Part shown: piece after piece, positions 12,047 to 22,287 of the stretch
Numbering within the stretch: position 1 is the first letter of the stretch
How the letters are laid out: the number at the start of each line of letters is the position of its first letter
From: Scenedesmus sp. PABB004
Taxonomy: Eukaryota
Direction: 5' to 3'
NCBI GenBank assembly: GCA_014905635.1
Contig: JABVCE010000015.1
Location: 62,001-126,000, forward strand
DNA: 64,000 bases
Position numbers and translations under genes: made by a program
Notes under the pieces: model-generated
The model's input: only the letters and a program-made list of their open reading frames with translations
Told to the model about the DNA's origin: nothing
Databases searched by the model: none

Positions 12047-12572
12047 CGCGGCGGTTCCGAGCGCCCCTGCGCCACCGCCGCACCGCCGGTGGTGGTGAGC
12101 TCGCCCGTGTGGCCCGTCCACGCGCACCACGCCGCCGGCCGGCGCCCGCGCCGCAGCCGACGCCGCCTGCGCGCACCGCCGCCGCCCCGCGGCCCCGCCC
12201 CGGCCCGGCCCCGCGCCCGCGCGCCCTGCACCTTGCGCCAACGCTGCCTCTGAGCGGCCCTGACCGCCGGGCTGCGCCAGAGCCGCGCCCAGCGGCCGCC
12301 TGCGGCCGGGGCGCGCCGCGCAGCGCCGAGCGCCGCCGCTGCCTGCGCCGCCCCGCGCGCTGGCCGGCGTGCCTCAACCCCCGCCTGATCCGGTGCGTGG
12401 TGTGGCGACGCAGCGCCCCTGGCGCCGCTGGGCCGGGTCGAGCGGGCGGCGAGTGGGCAGGCGCCAGGCGGCGGGCGCTGCTGCTCCGCCCCGCGCGCGG
12501 CCGCGGCGCCGCGCTCGCCGCCCTGCGGCAGGCCTCGTTGCTGCTGACGCCCCTGCCCGCCGCCTGCTGCTG
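12047..12572 (+). repeat. Upstream element B preceding MYND copy 1
   Basis: Near-identical inverted copy at 2125-2645. Confidence 0.9.
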
Positions 12573-12604
12573 GCGTCGCCCTGCCCCGCAGCCTGGCGCG
12601 CAGC

Positions 12605-15299
12605 ATGCCGCGCCCCAACGCCGCTGACCGGCGCTGGACGGCGGAGTCTTCGGCGGCGCTGGAGCGCGCGGCGGCGGCGCCCGACCTGGCCGCGTACGGG
12701 GCGCAGGGGCCTGCCGTGAAACTGATGTATGACCGCGCGGTGGTAGCGTGGGATCAGTGGCGGACAGCCGCAGCGCCCGACCCCGCCGGCTTTGCGCCCG
12801 ACCCGGCCGTCCTACGACTGGTGCCGCTGCTGGGCCGCGCGGTGTCACGAGGCCTGGCGCTGGTGGCGGCGGCGGGCAGCTGGAAGGCTGCCTTAAGGCT
12901 TAAGGCTGCGCTTTTGGTGACGGCGCTGCTGGAGGCGCTGGCTGTGCACATCGAGCTCGCGGCCATGCCGGATCCGGACAAGGCGGCGCTGCTGCAGCAG
13001 CTGCGTGAGCAGGGTGGGTGGCGCGCCTGGGCGCGGTCGGGCCAGCAGCACACTCAGCTGGCGCTGCCTGACCGGCGGCTCACCCGCTTGCTGCCGCCCC
13101 GCGCCACGCAGGCCTGCTGTCTGCGCTGGCGGCCGCCTCTGTGCCGCTCGCGGCGGAGCTGGAGCAGGCGACGCGCGGGCTGGAGGAGCAGCAGCAGCAG
13201 CTGGAGGACCGCAGCGGCCTGCAGCTCCGAGAAGACACCTCAGCAGCCATGCTGCAAACCTGGGTCGCTCTGGCGCAGGCAGAGCTGACGATGCCCAGCG
13301 CCGTGCTGGTGGCTCAGCTGGCGCCACTCGCGCGACTCGCTGCTGCGTCGCTGCACGGGCAGGCGGCGCGTGCCGCTGCCCGCGCCTCCTTCAACAGAAC
13401 CAGTGGCGGCCAGGCCCTTTATGCTGTGCGGCTGATCACTGGAATCATCAGCGCAGCGTCCCGTGTCGCTGCAGCACAACACGGGGGCGGCGGCGCTGGC
13501 AGCGAGCTCTTCGCCGTGCTGGACGCTGCCGTCGCCGACCGGCGCGTGCAGTTTTGTCTGTGCACAGCATTCGCCGCGTCTGCCAGCAAGGTGCAGCAGC
13601 AGGGCGGCGACCAGGCGGACGGCGCCAGCGGTGGCAGCAGGCGGCAGCGGCCGGAGGCGCTGGCGGCGGCCGTGGGTCGGCTGCTGGCGGCGCTGGGGCT
13701 CGAGGGGCTTGAGGGACTGCATGAGGAGCCGGCAGTGATCAGGCTTCGTCGAGATTCTGCATCAGCTTCCCTATCTGTCATGCTCGCGGACGCTGCCAAC
13801 GCTCTGGACAGGGGAGAGCGGAGCCTGAGCCGCTCCCTCAAGCTCCCTGCCTGGTCGGCGGCGGCGGTCGGCGTGCTCGTGCAGCTGTGTGTGCTCGCAC
13901 CTGGCCTGTCGGAGCTCGACGTTTACTTGCACGCCCTGGTGGCTGCCGTGCGCGTTGCAGGACGGGAGGCTGGGGTCGCCTGCCTCGGCGACGCGCAGGC
14001 ACCGCGCCTGCTGCCAGGCGCGCTGCTGAGCAGGCTGCAGCGCGCAACCGCTGAGGAGCGGGCGCAGGGCTGGGACCAGGGCTGCGCAGCGGGCCTGCTG
14101 GGGCTGCTGATGGAGATGTGCTGCGCAGGTGGGCGCATGTGCAGAGCATGGTGGCAGCTGCGGCGGGGCTCATGCGTGCTCACACCGCCACCGCCGCCTC
14201 CACTGACGCCGGTGCTGCCGCCGCCGCTGCCGCCCCGCCCAGGCCCCACCAAGGCTGCGCTGCTTGCGGAGCTGGCGGAGCAGCAGCCGAGCACGGCCGC
14301 CGCAGGGGCGGAGGCGGCGCTGCGCACAGCTGCAAACCACCCTCACGCTCAGGTGGCACCGGCTGTGCTGTCAGCACTGTGCACGGAGCCATGCGGGCTG
14401 CAGCCCGCGCCAGCGCTGGCGGCGTTGCTCACCACGGCCCTCAAGGTCGCGGCGGCGCGGGCCGGCGGCGACAGCAAGGCGCAGTTCTGCGCACTTGCTG
14501 CGGCCGTCCATTGCGCGGCCGCGTCGCCCTGCGTGCTGCTGAGGGACCGGCAGGCGGCCGGCCCCAGCAGCGGCAGCAGCGCCAGCGGCAGCAGCGGCAG
14601 GTACGACGAGCTGGCGCCCTGGCTGGCGCTGGCGGCGCGCGCCCTGTCGCTGGCAGGGCTGGTGCTGGCGCCGCCAGCAGCTGGGTCGGGCGCTGGTGCT
14701 GGCCTGGATGCCATCTCCACGAGGCTGACCGTCGCTCTCAGCGACCTGCAGGCGGGCGTGGACTAGCTGGCGGCATCCCTGCCCCGCCTCGCGGAGGGCG
14801 GTGCCGCAGCAGCGGCCAACGGCCAGGCGGGCAGCCGCGCCAGCGGCCTCGGCGCGCGCCTGCTGCCGCCAGCGGTGCTGGCGCCCCTGGTGGAGCAGGC
14901 GGCGGCATCGAGCGAGGCGCTGGCGGCCGCGCGGGAGCGCCTGCAGGCCGCTGGGCCGGGCAGCGGCGACGCGGCAGCGCAGCTGGCTGTGCTGCGCGCG
15001 GCTGTCGGCCCGGCGCTGGCTGCGCAGCTGGCCGCGCTGGGCGGCGCGGTGTCCGGCGCGGTGCCGCTGCGCAGCGCGTGCTCCAACCCTGGCTGCGCCG
15101 ACCTGGCGCGCCTGAGCGAGGCGGCGCTGGTCAAGGGCACCCACCACCTGTGCGCGGGGTGCCGCGTGGCGCGCGTGCGCGGGCCCGCTTGCCAGGCCGC
15201 GTACTGGCCGGCGGGGCACAATTGTGCCTTAAGGCCGTGTGCAAGCGCCTGCAGGCCGAGGCAGAGGCGGCGGCGGCGGCGGGCGCGGGGCCCGGCTGA
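12605..15299 (+). pseudogene. Ala/Leu-rich protein with C-terminal MYND-type zinc finger, copy 1; probably disrupted
   Basis: Motif CSNPGC..CAGCRVAR..ACQAAYW..GH. In-frame TAG at 14764-14766 (TGG in paralogs), Cys>Arg in the finger, and an 11-nt frameshifting insertion at 15221-15231. Confidence 0.78.
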
Positions 15300-15518
15300 G
15301 GCGGCTGGCGGCTCGCTTGCGGCTGCGCGGGCGACCAGAAGGACACTCTTTAGTGCATGAGTTGAGCGTTGGCGGTGCGTGGCGGTTGGTGTGACCGCGC
15401 GCAGCACGCGCGCCGCCGACGCTGCCGCGTGAGGGCCAGCGCCAGTCGGCTTAACACCTAGGCCCAGGCGCTGCCAGGAGGCCTCTTGGCGGCACCGCGT
15501 GCGCGCGGTGGACGGCCG

Positions 15519-16077
15519 TCAGTTACGCCGCCAGCACGCAGCGCAACGTGCTGCGGCTGTGCCGCCCGCCTGCTGCGCCGCCGCGGCTGCGGCGGCGTCG
15601 CTGCCGGGCAGGCGCGGGAGCAGCCCCTCCAGCGCAGCAAGCAGCTCGTCGTACCCTTGTCTCAGCTGCTCCAGCAAGAATTGGAAGCTGTGCCAGCGGA
15701 GCTGCGGTGTGCGGTGTGCGGTGGTGAGAGCCAGCGGCAGGGCAGGGCCGCGCGGGGCAGGGCAGCGGCGGGCGTCGCGCGCAGGCGCGCGGCGGCGCAG
15801 CGGCGACGCCTCCGCCAGCCGCCGGGCGCCGGGCGCTGCGCGGCCCACCTTGCAGGAGAAGCCCTCTTGGGTGTCTGGGAAGAACAGGCGCGGCGTGTCC
15901 ACGCGGGGCACCCCCGCCGCCAGCCGGGCCTGCCGCGCGCGCTCCGCCTCCGCGTCGGGCTCGCCGCACGGCGGCGGCGGCGGCGCCGCCACCGCGAGGC
16001 GCGGAAGCTGCAGCAGCCCCGGCAGCGACGGCGCGCGCTCGCCGCCGCCCGCGGCTGCGGCCGCCCCGGGCTGCTGA

Positions 16078-16170
<93 letters not shown>

Positions 16171-17870
16171 GCCTGCTGCGGCTGCTGCCGGCCCTGCTGT
16201 GCGGCCGCCGCCTGCACGGTCGCGTCGCCAGCGGCGCCCCATGGGGCCTCGCCCGCCTCGTCGACCGCCGGGTCGTCAAAGCTGAAGCGGGAGGCGCTGC
16301 GCGGCGCGCCACGGCGCACGCAAGCGCGCTGAGTGTCAGGGGGCGGGGCGGGGCGCTGGCAGCGCAAACGGCGGGGGCGCAAAGGGGCAGGGGGGAGGGG
16401 GCCTTGTGCCGCGCGGGCGCACCGCGAGCTGCCGGCGCCAGAGGGCGTGGGGCTCGGGCGGTGGGGCTCAAACACGTGGTGCAGGATCTGCAGCCGCTGA
16501 ACCTCCGAGATCTGCGGCGGGCGCGCGGGCGCGGACCTTGGGCTCGGGCGGCCGCGGCTGGCCGCGCGCGCGCCCGCCTGTGCGCCGGCGCGCCGCCGCG
16601 CCTTGGCCAGCGTCGCCATCGTGCGCCGCAGCGCGTCGAGCCGCGCCGCGTCGACGTACCGCCCGCCCGCGGCGCCGCCGCCGCTCAGCGGGCGCGGCAG
16701 CACGGTCCCGAGCGGCAGCGCGGCGAGCGCGTCGGCCATAAACCCCGCCGCCGCGACGGCGAGCTGGGATAGCAGGTCGGCGGGGAAGCGCTTGGCGAGC
16801 ACCGCCATCATCGCCGGCTCAAAGCCTGTGCAGGGTTGAGAGCGGCGCGTGGTCGGCGGTGGCCGCGCTGGGCAGAGCGGTGCGCGCGGCCGGCGCGCCG
16901 CCGCCGCGCGCGCAGCGCGGCGGCTCCGCGAGCGCCGGGCCCGGCCTGTCACGCACCCTCCTGCACGGTGAGGTGCAGCGTCCACAGCAGCCGCGCCAGC
17001 CGGCGCAGCACGTTGCGCAGCGCTTCAATCTGCACGCGCAGCGGCCGGCATTTGTAAATGCGGCCGCAGGTCGGGCGGCGCGCGGCGCGGCGCGGGCGTG
17101 CGCCGCGTGGCGCCCTGCGCCTCTCCGCCCACCTCCTCCGCCGGCATGTGCTGCCGGGCACGCCCGCGCTTGCCCGGCGGCAGCAGCAGCGGCAGGAACA
17201 CCCTGCGCGGCGCGGCGCGGCGCGGCGCGGCGCCTCGGCGGCGTGCCGCGTGCGCCGGCGGCGCGCCGCCGGCACGCCGCCGCGTGCGCGCGGGCGCGCC
17301 TGGTGCCGCGCCAGACGCCGACAAAGAGCTCTGACTCGGCGTGCCCCAGCGCCTCCTCGACTGCGCGGACCTCCCTGGCCACAGTGAACAGCTCCTCCTC
17401 ACACGCGGCGTTGATGCGCCTGCGGCGGCGCCGGCGCGCTCGGCACCCGCGGCCGCGCCCGCGGTGCGCGGCCCGCGGCGCGCGCGCGCGCTCCGCACCG
17501 CCGCAGCTCCACGCGCTGCGCCGCGCTCAGGCCGGCGGCCGCCTGCGCCGCCGCCGAGAGGGGGACCAGGGCGCCGGAATTGAGCACCGTGCCGAGCACC
17601 GTCCCCACCTCGTCCCGCGCGCCCGCTAGCACCGCCCGCTGCTGCCGCGGCCAGGCGGGCGGCGGCGGCGGCGGCGCGGCGGTGCCGGCCGCCGCGTCGC
17701 CAGCCGAGCGGCGCAGCCACGCCGCGACGCTGTCCGGGGGCGCCGGCGCGGCGCCGTCGAGCGCGTCAGAGGCGCTCAGCACCCGCTCCGGCTGCTGCCC
17801 CATCGCCTGCAGGTCGGCGAGGCTGACCACCCTCACCGCACCCCTGCCGGGCACCGCCGCCGCCGCTGTG

Positions 17871-17901
<31 letters not shown>

Positions 17902-17908
17902 CGCAGCC

Positions 17909-17939
<31 letters not shown>

Positions 17940-19395
17940 CGGCCACAGCCGCTCTTGTCGACATCGCTAGAGGCGGCGCCGGCGCTCCTGGAGCCGCCGC
18001 TCTTGGCGCGCTGCAGGGCGCCGACGTCGACGGCGAGCGCGCCGCTGCCGGCGGGCTGCAGCGGCGGCGCGCCCTCTGCCGCCGCCGCCGCCGCGAGCGC
18101 CGCCGCCGCCGCCGCCGCAGGGCCCTGCTGCTGCGGCGAGGCCGCCGCCGCGGGCTCGCCGCCGTCGCCGCCGTCGCCGCGCGGGACGGCGGGCAGCAGG
18201 CCACTCCAGGTGAGCAGCGAGAGCCGGTGCAACGCCGCGACTGCGTTGTGCAGGCCGTCGATCGCCTGCGGCGCGCGCCGTCGCGGCGGCTCGGCGCACC
18301 GCCGCCGCCGCGCACCGCCGCCGCGCGCCGCCGTGCGCCGCCGCGCGCCGCGCCTGCTCGCTCGCGCTGCGCGGGAAGAACGTGACGCTCAGCACGAAAG
18401 TGACTGCGATACCGGACACGATGCCGCCCGTGCGGGAGAGCGCGACCCACAGGGCGCCCGCCGCGCCGCCGCCGCGCGCCATTGCGGCCGGGGCGACGAC
18501 GAGGAACGTGACGGGCGCGAGCTTGCCCGCGTAGGGCAGACCGAGCGGCGCGCCGACGGCGGCGCCGCCCGCGGCGAGCAGCGCGGCGAGCGCGGTGTAG
18601 AGCCCCGGCGCGTTGGCGAGCGCGGCGAGGAACCCGGCGCCGCCGCCTGGCCGGCGGGCGCGTGGGGCTCGGGGGCGCACGCCGGCGCCGGCAGCCGCGC
18701 GTGGCGCGCGGCGCGGCGCGGCGCGGCGCGGCGCGGCGCGGCGCACCGAGCAGCGTGCCCAGCATGCGCTCGAGCCCGGTCCGCGCGACGCGGCCGACCA
18801 CGGGCGCCGACACGATCAGCACGGTGATGCCGCCCCACTGCGCGGGGCCCGGGGGGGGGGGGGGGGGGGGGAGGGAACGAGGGACGGCGGGGGAGGAGCG
18901 AAGCGCCGCGCGTCAGAGGGGCGCACGTGCGCGGGCGCGTGCGCGGGCGCCGGCCGCTGGCCGCGCCACGGCCCGGGCCCCGCGCGGCGCGGCGCGGCGC
19001 GCGCCTGGAAGAGCTCCGGCGCATACTCCCGCAGCGCCGCGTTGTCGCTCAGGACGCCCATCAGGTGCGCGTGGAAGCCTGGCGGCGGCGGCGGCGGCGG
19101 CGGCGCGCGCGAGCTCGGCGCGGCGCGGCGCGGCGCGCCGTGGCAGCTGAGCCGGCAACCCACCCAGCGCGGCCATGATGAGCACACCAAGCCCCACGCG
19201 GCAGGCGTCCTGCACCTGCACCAGCGTCAGCCAGTGCCGGCGGCGCGCTGCCGCCGGCCTGCCGCCGCCGCGACTGCGACCGCAACAGAGGCAGGAGGAC
19301 TCCACCCACCGGGACGCCGGCGCGAGCCAGGGCGGCTGCGGCAGCGGCTGGGGCGGCTCGGGCGCCTGAGTTGGCGGCACCACTGTGCCGTTCAT
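15519..19395 (-). CDS. ALMT: Aluminium-activated malate transporter (ALMT/ArAE/FUSC-like) family membrane protein
   Basis: DACRVGLGVLIM / WGGITVLIVSAPVVGRVARTGLERMLGTLLG / ALSRTGGIVSGIAVTFVLSVTFFPRSASEQ match the ALMT TM-domain pattern. A long soluble C-terminus follows and includes LRWHSFQFLLEQL. Confidence 0.82.
16080..16169 (-). repeat. (CAG)~30 polyglutamine microsatellite in ALMT
   Basis: Uninterrupted CTG run on + strand. Confidence 0.95.
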
Positions 19396-20023
19396 GGCTC
19401 CTCACTGCCGCCCTGCCCGGGCGTGGAGGTTGCGCGGAGGGGGGCGGCGGCAGCGGTGTGTGACGCAGCAGCAGCAGCGCCGCGCCGGTGCCACCGCCCT
19501 TGACACCGATCCAACGCGCTCAGAAGTTTCACAGCAACCTGCACACGCACGCGTGGCAGCAGGGCCAGCCGGCGGTGAGCGGCGGGTGGTGCGAGCGGGT
19601 GCCGCCGCTGCTGCCAGCTCCCTCCAGCGGTGACTGGCTGGCCGCGGGGCTGACGACCAGTGAGGCGCTGCGTCAGAAGCGGGCCGCTACGGCGCAAGGG
19701 GGGCGGAAGAACCGCCGCCTTTGACGCGCCCGTCTGCCGGCGCGCCCGTCGCGGCCCAGCGCGCGGCCCGGCGGGCGGGCCGGCTGCTGCCCGCTGCTGC
19801 TCCAGCCAGCCTAATGCCAGGAGCGCGCAAGAGGTCCCTGCCGCTCTGGGCGGCGGTGCGCGCTGGCGGCCGGGCGGCGGCACCGAGGCGGCGTCTGCGG
19901 CGCGATCTGCGCGAGGTCAACACAACAGCCTCGACCAACTCACTGCCCACCGGCAGCGCTCAACTCATGCACCAGACCCTTGCGTCGCTGCCCCCGCAGC
20001 CGCAGCGCGAGCCGCCAGCCGCC

Positions 20024-21570
20024 TCAGCCGGGCCCCGCACCGCCCGCCGCCGCCTCTGCCTCGGCCTGCAGGCGCTTGCACGCGGCCTTGTGCCCCGCCC
20101 GCCAATACGCAGCCTGGCACGCGGGCCCGCACACGCGCGCCACGCGGCAGCCCGCGCACAGGTGGTGGGTGCCCTTGACCAGCGACTCCTCGCTCAGGCC
20201 CGCCAGGTTGGCGCAGCCGGGGTTGGAGCACGCGCTCCGCAGCGGCACCGCGCCGGACACCGCGCCGCCCAGCGCGGCGAGCTGCGCTGCCAGCGCAGGG
20301 CCGACAGCCGCGCGCAGCACAGTCAGCCACTCTGCTGTGTCGCCGCTGCCCGGCGCAGCGGCCTGCAGGCGCTCCCGCGCGGCCGCCAGCGCCTCGCTCA
20401 TCGCCGCCGCCTGCTCCACCAGGGGCGCCAGCACCGCCGGCGGCAGCAGGCGCGCGCCGAGGCCGCTGGCGCTGCTGCCCGCCTGGCCGGCCGCCGCTGC
20501 TGCGGCGCCCTCCGCGAGGCGGGGCAGGGACGCCGCCAGCCAGTCCACACAGCCCTGCAGGTTGTTGAGAGTGTTGGTCAGGCTGGTGAAGATGAACTCA
20601 GCGCTCCCAGCATGTGAGCCGTTGTCAGGGCCGGCCTCCGCGCCAGCCAGCGGCGCCAGCAGCTGCCCCGCCAACGCCATGGAGCGAGCCACCAGCGCCA
20701 CCCAGGGCGCCAGCTCGCCGTACCTGCTGCTGCTGCTGCCGCTGCCGCTGCTGGGGCCGGCCGCCTGCCGATCCCTCAGCAGGCAGGGCACCGCGGCCGT
20801 GCACTGGGTGGCGGCCGCAAGTGCGTACAGCTGCGCGTTGCTGTCGCCGCCGGCCTGCGCGGCTGCCACCTTGAGGGCCGTGGTGAGCAGCGCCGCCAGC
20901 GCCGGTGTGGGCCGCGGCCCGCATGGCTCCGTGCACAGCGCCGACAGCCAAAAAGCTGCTCTCAGCTGCGTCGCCGGGTCGACCACAGCAGTGCGCAGCG
21001 CCGCCTCCGCCCCTGCGGCGGCCGTGCCCGGCTGCTGCTCCGCCAGCTCCGCCAGCAGCGCAGCCCTGGTGGGGCCTGGGTGGGGTGGCAGTGGCGGCAG
21101 CACCGCCGTCAGTGGAGGCGGCGGTGGCGGTGAGCACGCATGAGCCCCAGCGCAGCTGCCACAATGCTCAAGTGCACGCGCCCACCTGCGCAGCGCCGGC
21201 CGCGGCCGGCGCTGCGGCCGGCGGGCCCGCCGCCCCGCACCGCGCTGCCTGCCACCGGCGCCGCAGCGGCCGGGCCAGCCGCTGCCGCGCCGCTGCGGCC
21301 GCGCCGCTGCGGCTGCGGCCGCGCCGCTGCGGCGCCGGCCGGCGCGCCCGCCGCCCCGCACCGCGCTGCCTGCCGCCGGCCGGGCGCCGCGGCCGCAGCG
21401 GCACGCCCGCACCGCTGCGGCCGCGCCGGCGGGCGTGGGGCGCCCCGCACCGCGCTGCCTGCCGCCGACGCCGCAGCGGCCGTGCCCGCGGCCTGGTCCA
21501 CGCCCTGCGCCCACTCCTCGGCGGTGGCGCGCTGCAGCCTGCTCAGCAGCGCGCCGGGCAGCAGGCGCGG
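20024..21570 (-). pseudogene. MYND-finger gene copy 2, 5'-truncated
   Basis: Intact finger CSNPGCANL..LCAGCRVARVCGPACQAAYWRAGHKAAC. Homology to copy 1 ends near 21570, and a GC-rich repeat insert occupies ~21195-21485. Confidence 0.75.
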
Positions 21571-22287
21571 TGCTCGGGGCTGCAGGCGGCAGTGGCGCGC
21601 GCGCAGGCGGCGGCAGCTGTGGCGTGGGCGCCGGCCGGCGGCGCTGTGTGTGTACAGGCCACAAGGGCGAGGCGCGGCCTCGCACCGCGGCAGAGCGGCG
21701 GCGGCGCAATGGGCGCCTGGAACCCGGGCCGCGCCCTGTGTCGCCCGGCGCGCGGCCTGCCGGGCGGGCCGCCGCCGCAGCCAGCTGCTGCCCCAGCCAG
21801 CCTGATGTCGGGCGTGCTCGAGAGGCCTGCCCGCCCCCGGCGGCGGTGAGCGCTGGTGGCCAGACGGCGCCGACGCGGCGCTCTACACGGCCGACACAGC
21901 AGCAGGGCGTCAGCAGCAGCGGAGGCGCGCGAGCAGCCGCGCGTGGCAGAGCAGCGGTGCTCCGCCGCCGCCGCTCCGCGCACGGGGCGTGCTGACGCTG
22001 CTCGTCAGCGGCGGCGTGGAGGCCGGCTGACGCGCGGGCGAGCGCGCACCGTGGCTGGACACAGCAGTCGCGCGCGCGACCACTTTTTTGTCATCATTTT
22101 TTGTGTCATTTTTTTGCCGTACGACCAGACGCGGGGAGGCGCATCTTCGCCGTCACGCGCGCCTGCTCGCCGGGCGGGCTGGGCGGCGCGGCCGGCCACA
22201 ATAAAGGGCTGCGTGAGAGCCCGCCCCTGGAGACCGCGGCAGTCGCCGCGCCTGCTGCCACCGCGAGCTGCCCCGAAACAGCTCCCC

